Shown: piece after piece, positions 59,440 through 64,000 of the stretch
How the letters are laid out: each line of letters begins with the position of its first letter
Numbering within the stretch: the first letter of the stretch is position 1
NCBI RefSeq assembly: GCF_021869535.1
Contig: NW_026262690.1
Coordinates: 186,001-250,000, forward strand
Reading direction: 5' to 3'
DNA: 64,000 bases
From: Mytilus californianus
Taxonomy: Eukaryota
The notes under the pieces: model-generated
Database searches by the model: none
What the model was told of the DNA's origin: nothing
What the model saw: the letters and a program-made list of their open reading frames with translations, nothing else
Position numbers and translations under genes: made by a program

Positions 59440-59720
59440 GTTCATAGCTGAGTTCCGTTGAACCGGATAGCAAAATTTTGTCTGACAAGAAATGTTTGAT
59501 TCTGATGTTAAAAAAATGCTGTTCACGCATGGTGTGAAATCGGGGGCAGTGCAACAAGTAATGCGCTGTGGTTTCTATAGCACCACATAAACAAAGCGGT
59601 GAGGTCACTATATTTATGATAAAAAGATGTCCATTTAGAGAACTATCCCCTTTTAACAAAAGCAAAGGATAGTGCAAAAGCATTTTCCAAATCGGGTAGT
59701 AATATGCTTCGATCGATATA
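59440..59720 (-). mobile_element. CR1-type LINE ORF2 C-terminal fragment
   Basis: SSLNGHLF..SPLCLCGAIETTAHYLLHCPRF..ILLSGSTELSYEQNIEIFLAVQTFI. Confidence 0.78.
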
Positions 59721-59799
59721 TTGGGAAAAAGTGGAAAATATTGGTGATACTTCTTCGGCGACAAATTTTAGAAATCTTGTAGATATTTAATCTGGTCCA

Positions 59800-60268
59800 G
59801 ATGATTATTTCGCCAGTACATTATTTGTTCTATTGTCCATTATCCTGATGTTTACAGATGATTATTTCTATCGATATTCGGCAGTACATTATTTGTTCTA
59901 TTGTCCTTTATCTTGATGTTCACAGTTGATTATTTCTATCGATATTCGCCAGTAGTTTATTTGTTCTATTGTCCATTATCTTGATGTTCACAGATGATTA
60001 TTTCTATCGATATTCGCCAGTACTTTATGTGTTCTATTGTCCATTATCTTGATGTTCACAGATGATTATTTCTATCGATATTCGCCAGTACTTTATTTGT
60101 TCTATTGTCCATTATCTTGATGATCACAGATGATTATTTCTATCGATATTCGCCAGTACTTTATGTGTTATATTGTCCATTATCTTGATGTTTACAGATG
60201 ATTATTTCTATCGATATTCGCCAGTACTTTATGTGTTCTATTGTCCATTATCTTGATGTTCACAGATG
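59800..60268. repeat. 68-bp minisatellite (~7 copies)
   Basis: Unit gatgattatttctatcgatattcgccagtactttatgtgttctattgtccattatcttgatgttcaca. Confidence 0.92.
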
Positions 60269-60520
60269 AGAGTATGGTTTTGTTTTCATTTATTATATTC
60301 TAGACTTGTTATTATTGGAAATAAAAGCAACAGTAGTATACCGCTGTCCAATAGTCATTAAATCGATTTAACTGAAACAAATCAGGGTTACAAACCAACA
60401 TCATCAACTATAAGAGGAAAACAACGGAACAACATAAACACTGAACTGCTACAAAAACAAACGCTACTATTTGATAACAACTGCCATATTTCTGACTTAC
60501 ATTACATATATTCAATTCAA

Positions 60521-61037
60521 TTAGTAGTTAGTGAGTCCATCGGTGTTTCTAGTTGGAGCGACTCCTCCATTTTGACATGTACAGTTCTTTTTGAAGCACC
60601 AGAATTTCATAAATTCAAGGTTATCTTCGTAGCTCGGTATCTCTTGAAGACCGTTAACGGTTTCGGTTAATATTCTGCTTTTGTACTTCTGTTTTGTGTC
60701 TTGGAACGTGTAATAGTGTTTAGTTTCCAAACTGGTGTATGTCATGTAGGTTGTGTGTGCGTATGTAAATAGATTCAGTCTCCCTGAAAATAGAATTGAA
60801 ATAAGATTTTGTCTACAATGTCTTTGATTATAATCTAAATAAGCATGTTAAATTTGCTAAAACTAATGAGTAGCTACCACATGCAATATTGATTGATACA
60901 GAATACCATTGCAAGGCAAATATTTTGCTTTTATCCAATATACCTTAATTCCTAGTCGCAGTTCAAATTGCCCGCTCTTTATCTCTGACAAAACTATTGT
61001 AGCAGTTGTTAAATTATTTATTCTCTTTTTGATATGC
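60521..61037 (-). CDS. Candidate last two exons (60907-61037, 60521-60783) of an unidentified minus-strand gene
   Basis: Acceptors attatttcag| and ttctattttcag|, donor G|GTATTC, 123-bp intron, compatible phases. About 130 aa open to TAA: HIKKRINNL...YWIKAKYLPCNGRLNLFTYAHTTY...EIPSYEDNLEFMKFWCFKKNCTCQNG...NY*. No family recognised. Confidence 0.45.
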
Positions 61038-61354
61038 CTGAAATAATGTGCCATATGAATAAATTATTTCTACTGTATCCCTGTCTTTAACATTGGTCAC
61101 CATTAAAATAATACAAAATGATTAATTATATTATAGAAAAGAAAGTACATGGGGTATCCATCCATGACACAAAATCAGTACATGCACATCAAAGAAACAC
61201 AAAGACAAAGGAATAGCTTTTCTTCCCCTCAAAGTATATATGTATGTTTTGCAAACATTTTACGTATCCTTTAAACACTTACAAATATAAGCAATGATCA
61301 CTAATTACAACTACGTATTATATCAATCAAGTTAAAATAAAAGGCTGCCAAATA

Positions 61355-62048
61355 ACATGAAACCCTGTTGTTACCAGTAACACAATATCAAACTTTAAAA
61401 TGCATTGATTGAACGGTTATCAATTTATTTACTAGAAACAGCTAGAGCCGCAAGCCCGTCAAACTTCAAAATAACAACATAATTTCGGTCGGAAACCCAA
61501 TAAAAAATTGAATTTCAGCATAGTGATTCTGGAGATTGGTAAGTAATTCTATTAAACCCTGAATATGTTTCACTCAGTCATGAGATAAAATCCCGAAAGC
61601 TGTTGAAACCTAGTTGAATTCAAGTTAGATATACATGTAAGAAAGTCTCATTACTTCACTTGAAGAATTTAGCTAAAGATTTCCCATATGTCCACAACAT
61701 CAAAATGTAAATGATAATTTAACCTTGCTGTTGGAGACAGTTTTGAGAGAATAAATGAAAGTTGTACATGTTTAACTTAAATGTGCATCGAAGGATTGAA
61801 TGATTTGTTTTGATTCAATGTCCAATGTTTTATCTCATGACTGTGTGAAACATATTCAGGGTTTAATAGAATTACTTACCAATCTCCAGAATCACTATGC
61901 TGAAATTCCGACCGAAATTATGTTGTTGTTTTTAAGAAGTTTGACGGGCTTGCGGGTCTAGCTGTTTCTGTTCAATAAATCGATAACCGATCAATCAATG
62001 CATTTCAAAGTTTGATATTGTGTTACTGGTAACAACAGGGTTTCATGT
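61355..62048. mobile_element. ~700-bp foldback/MITE with ~220-236-bp terminal inverted repeats
   Basis: Arms 61355-61590 and 61828-62048 (acatgaaaccctgttgttaccagtaacacaatatcaaac... and its reverse complement). TA flanks both ends. Confidence 0.85.
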
Positions 62049-62664
62049 TATGTTTCATGCAAAAAAGCCATATTCATGACGAGCATTAAAGCCGTCGTAA
62101 ACCAAATTGAATCAAGATGCCTAATCTCTTTGCAATGTCTGACCTTCCGAGCATCATTTTTACTATTCAACTCTGTTCGGATGAATGCACCCTAACTTGA
62201 CAGAAAATTCAACAGCTCTCCCTCGTCCATCATGTTCGGTGAATGTTTTAACTTTTGACATGTCTTTCGGTTAAGAAAATTCCGAAATACTTTATTGCAC
62301 GAGCCGCAAGAAGAACTTCATGACTATGTATATGAAACAAAACATTTACAGATTTACAAGCCAGTGGCGTGGAAATACTCTTGTTACATACACGACTCGA
62401 AAATTTCCACGCTCAGTCTTGTAAAACAATTACAAATTCTAATTAATACTGTTAATATAACTACTATGCATTAGTTAATTAGAACTAAACTTAAAGTTAT
62501 TAGCAGCACTACTATAACGCATTAAAGCAGCAACATAAAACACTAAAGCAAATCAAACAAAAATAAGAAAACTCTAAAGCAAATCATACAGAAATCATAA
62601 AACTTTAAAGTAAATTAAACACAAATCATAAAACTCTAAAGCAAATTAAACACAAATCAGAGTT

Positions 62665-62760
62665 GAAGTTTAGTTTTCTCGTTGAATTGTTTTGCATTTG
62701 TCATTTTGGTGCCTTTTATAGCTGACTATGAGGTATGGGTTTTGCTCATTGTTGAAGGAT
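62665..62760 (+). mobile_element. Short fragment of the Penelope-like 3' region
   Basis: ttgaattgtttt..gccttttatagctgactatgaggtatgggttttgctcattgttgaagg is related to the reverse complement of 43700-43790. Confidence 0.6.
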
Positions 62761-62884
62761 GATTTTGTTTCTTTACTGTTTATCAAACTATGTAGGAATG
62801 TTGTATGGTCCTGATTTACTGTCCTAAATATAAACCTCTTTTGCCATTGTTCTGAGTCTTCTTACTTTTAAAGATGGCAGTCTC

Positions 62885-63410
62885 TTTTTATGCCCCCGCA
62901 ACTAAAAGTTGGGGCATATTGTTTTACCCCTGTCCGTCCGTCCATCCGTCCCATTATGGGTATATAGTTATTCCCCATAACTCCTCCTACAGTTTGAATG
63001 CTAGGAAGTTTTCACTTTGCTGGCTGTTTGTACATACATCGAAGGTGTGCATGTGGTCAGGGTTTTGTTTTTTACTTATATTTGCTCTTTTTCGGAGATA
63101 GTTGAACTTTGTCATTTTTGGTGTATACGAGGTGCATAACGTTATAGTTATTCCGCATAACTCCTCCTACAATTGATTGCTAGGAAGTTTTCACTTTGCT
63201 GGATGTTTGTACATATATTGAAGGTGTGCATGTGGTCAGGGTTTTGATTTTGATTAATATTTGCTCTTTTGGGAGATAGTTGAACTTTGTTATTTTTGGA
63301 GTATAAGAGGAGCATAACGTTATAGTTATTGCGCATAACTCCTCCTACAGTTTGAATGCTAGGAAGTTTTCACTTTGCTGTCTGTTTGTACCTAGATTGA
63401 AGGTGTGCAT
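62885..63410 (-). mobile_element. pearl/HINE-like element with ~2.5 tandem cores of 178-180 bp
   Basis: Hairpin atgcccc-cgcaactaaaagtt-ggggcat (62890-62917), (CCGT)n at 62932-62950, cores with cataactcctcctac at 62976, 63156 and 63334. Confidence 0.8.
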
Positions 63411-64000
63411 AATGTCTTCTTTAGATTTGTATCAATATTTGCTGTTTTGAAGATAATTTTGGGAGATTTTGGGAGAATATACAAGTGGTGCAGCATATAA
63501 TATGTCAAGCACTGTCTGTCCATCCATGCATACATTGAAGATATGCTGCAAATACAATGTAAGTAAAAGTTTAAAAGTTAGGAACTTTTGTTTACCATGA
63601 TTCATGTTTGTTTGTTAATCCTTTTTTTTTTAAAGCTGTGCAGCATATTGTTTATACATGTTTCAAGGTGCTCAGACCTAACCTCCAAGCATCATATCAA
63701 GACATTTTTGTTAGTAGTGAAGACATTTTATCATTTTATACAGCTTTGTGGCATTTTTGCTCATGTATTATATTACCTGAACCTTTGAGATTTGCTTTAT
63801 TTTATCACTACACTGAGTTTAAGTCTTGGTATGTAGTAGCGCCGGACAACATGTAAGAATACACATAAAATGACGATAGCATTATATTAAATAATCACTA
63901 AATTACAAATGTACACGTATGAGAATCTTGATAACCGTATGCTACCTGTTTAATCTTTTAATGCTTGAAACACGTGTGTATTCACTCATGGCTAAGGGTC

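Noticed and set aside
62770-62880. Upstream exon of the minus-strand candidate gene
   Set aside because: It reads LPSLKVRRLRTMAKE, resembling a LINE ORF2 C-terminal segment, with stops after it. More likely a small LINE remnant.

Overview
AT-rich eukaryotic genomic DNA, not prokaryotic. The repeat content (BEL/Pao LTR elements, Penelope-like RT, CR1-type LINE ends, pearl/HINE-type elements) points to a bivalve, most likely a Mytilus mussel; this is from recalled repeat motifs, not a database search. Layout: (1) 1-13897, a 178-bp satellite array of ~78 monomers, open at the window's left edge, with block duplications. (2) 13898-22690, a decayed BEL/Pao element B whose RT is split by a second BEL/Pao element A (14846-20038; LTRs, tRNA-His PBS, AGTTG target-site duplication) and by a ~300-bp insert. 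(3) 23914-26167, an inverted array of a second subfamily of the same satellite. (4) 27.4-35 kb, a 74-bp minisatellite and small TE remnants. (5) 35116-51673, an intact 8-exon, 257-aa SDR gene resembling bacterial-type D-3-hydroxybutyrate dehydrogenase, with one GC-AG intron and repeat-filled introns, including an antisense Penelope-like RT element. (6) 51.8-64 kb, more minisatellites, LINE fragments, a 700-bp foldback element, a HINE-like element and two candidate terminal exons of an unidentified minus-strand gene. Nearly all ORFs in the supplied track are artefacts of tandem repeats or decayed TEs. No CRISPR array, rRNA or tRNA gene was seen. I found no clearly new biological system. The most intriguing leads are a hammerhead-ribozyme-like core in the satellite monomer, the nested-TE island between convergent satellite arrays, the altered-pocket BDH-like enzyme and the orphan exons.
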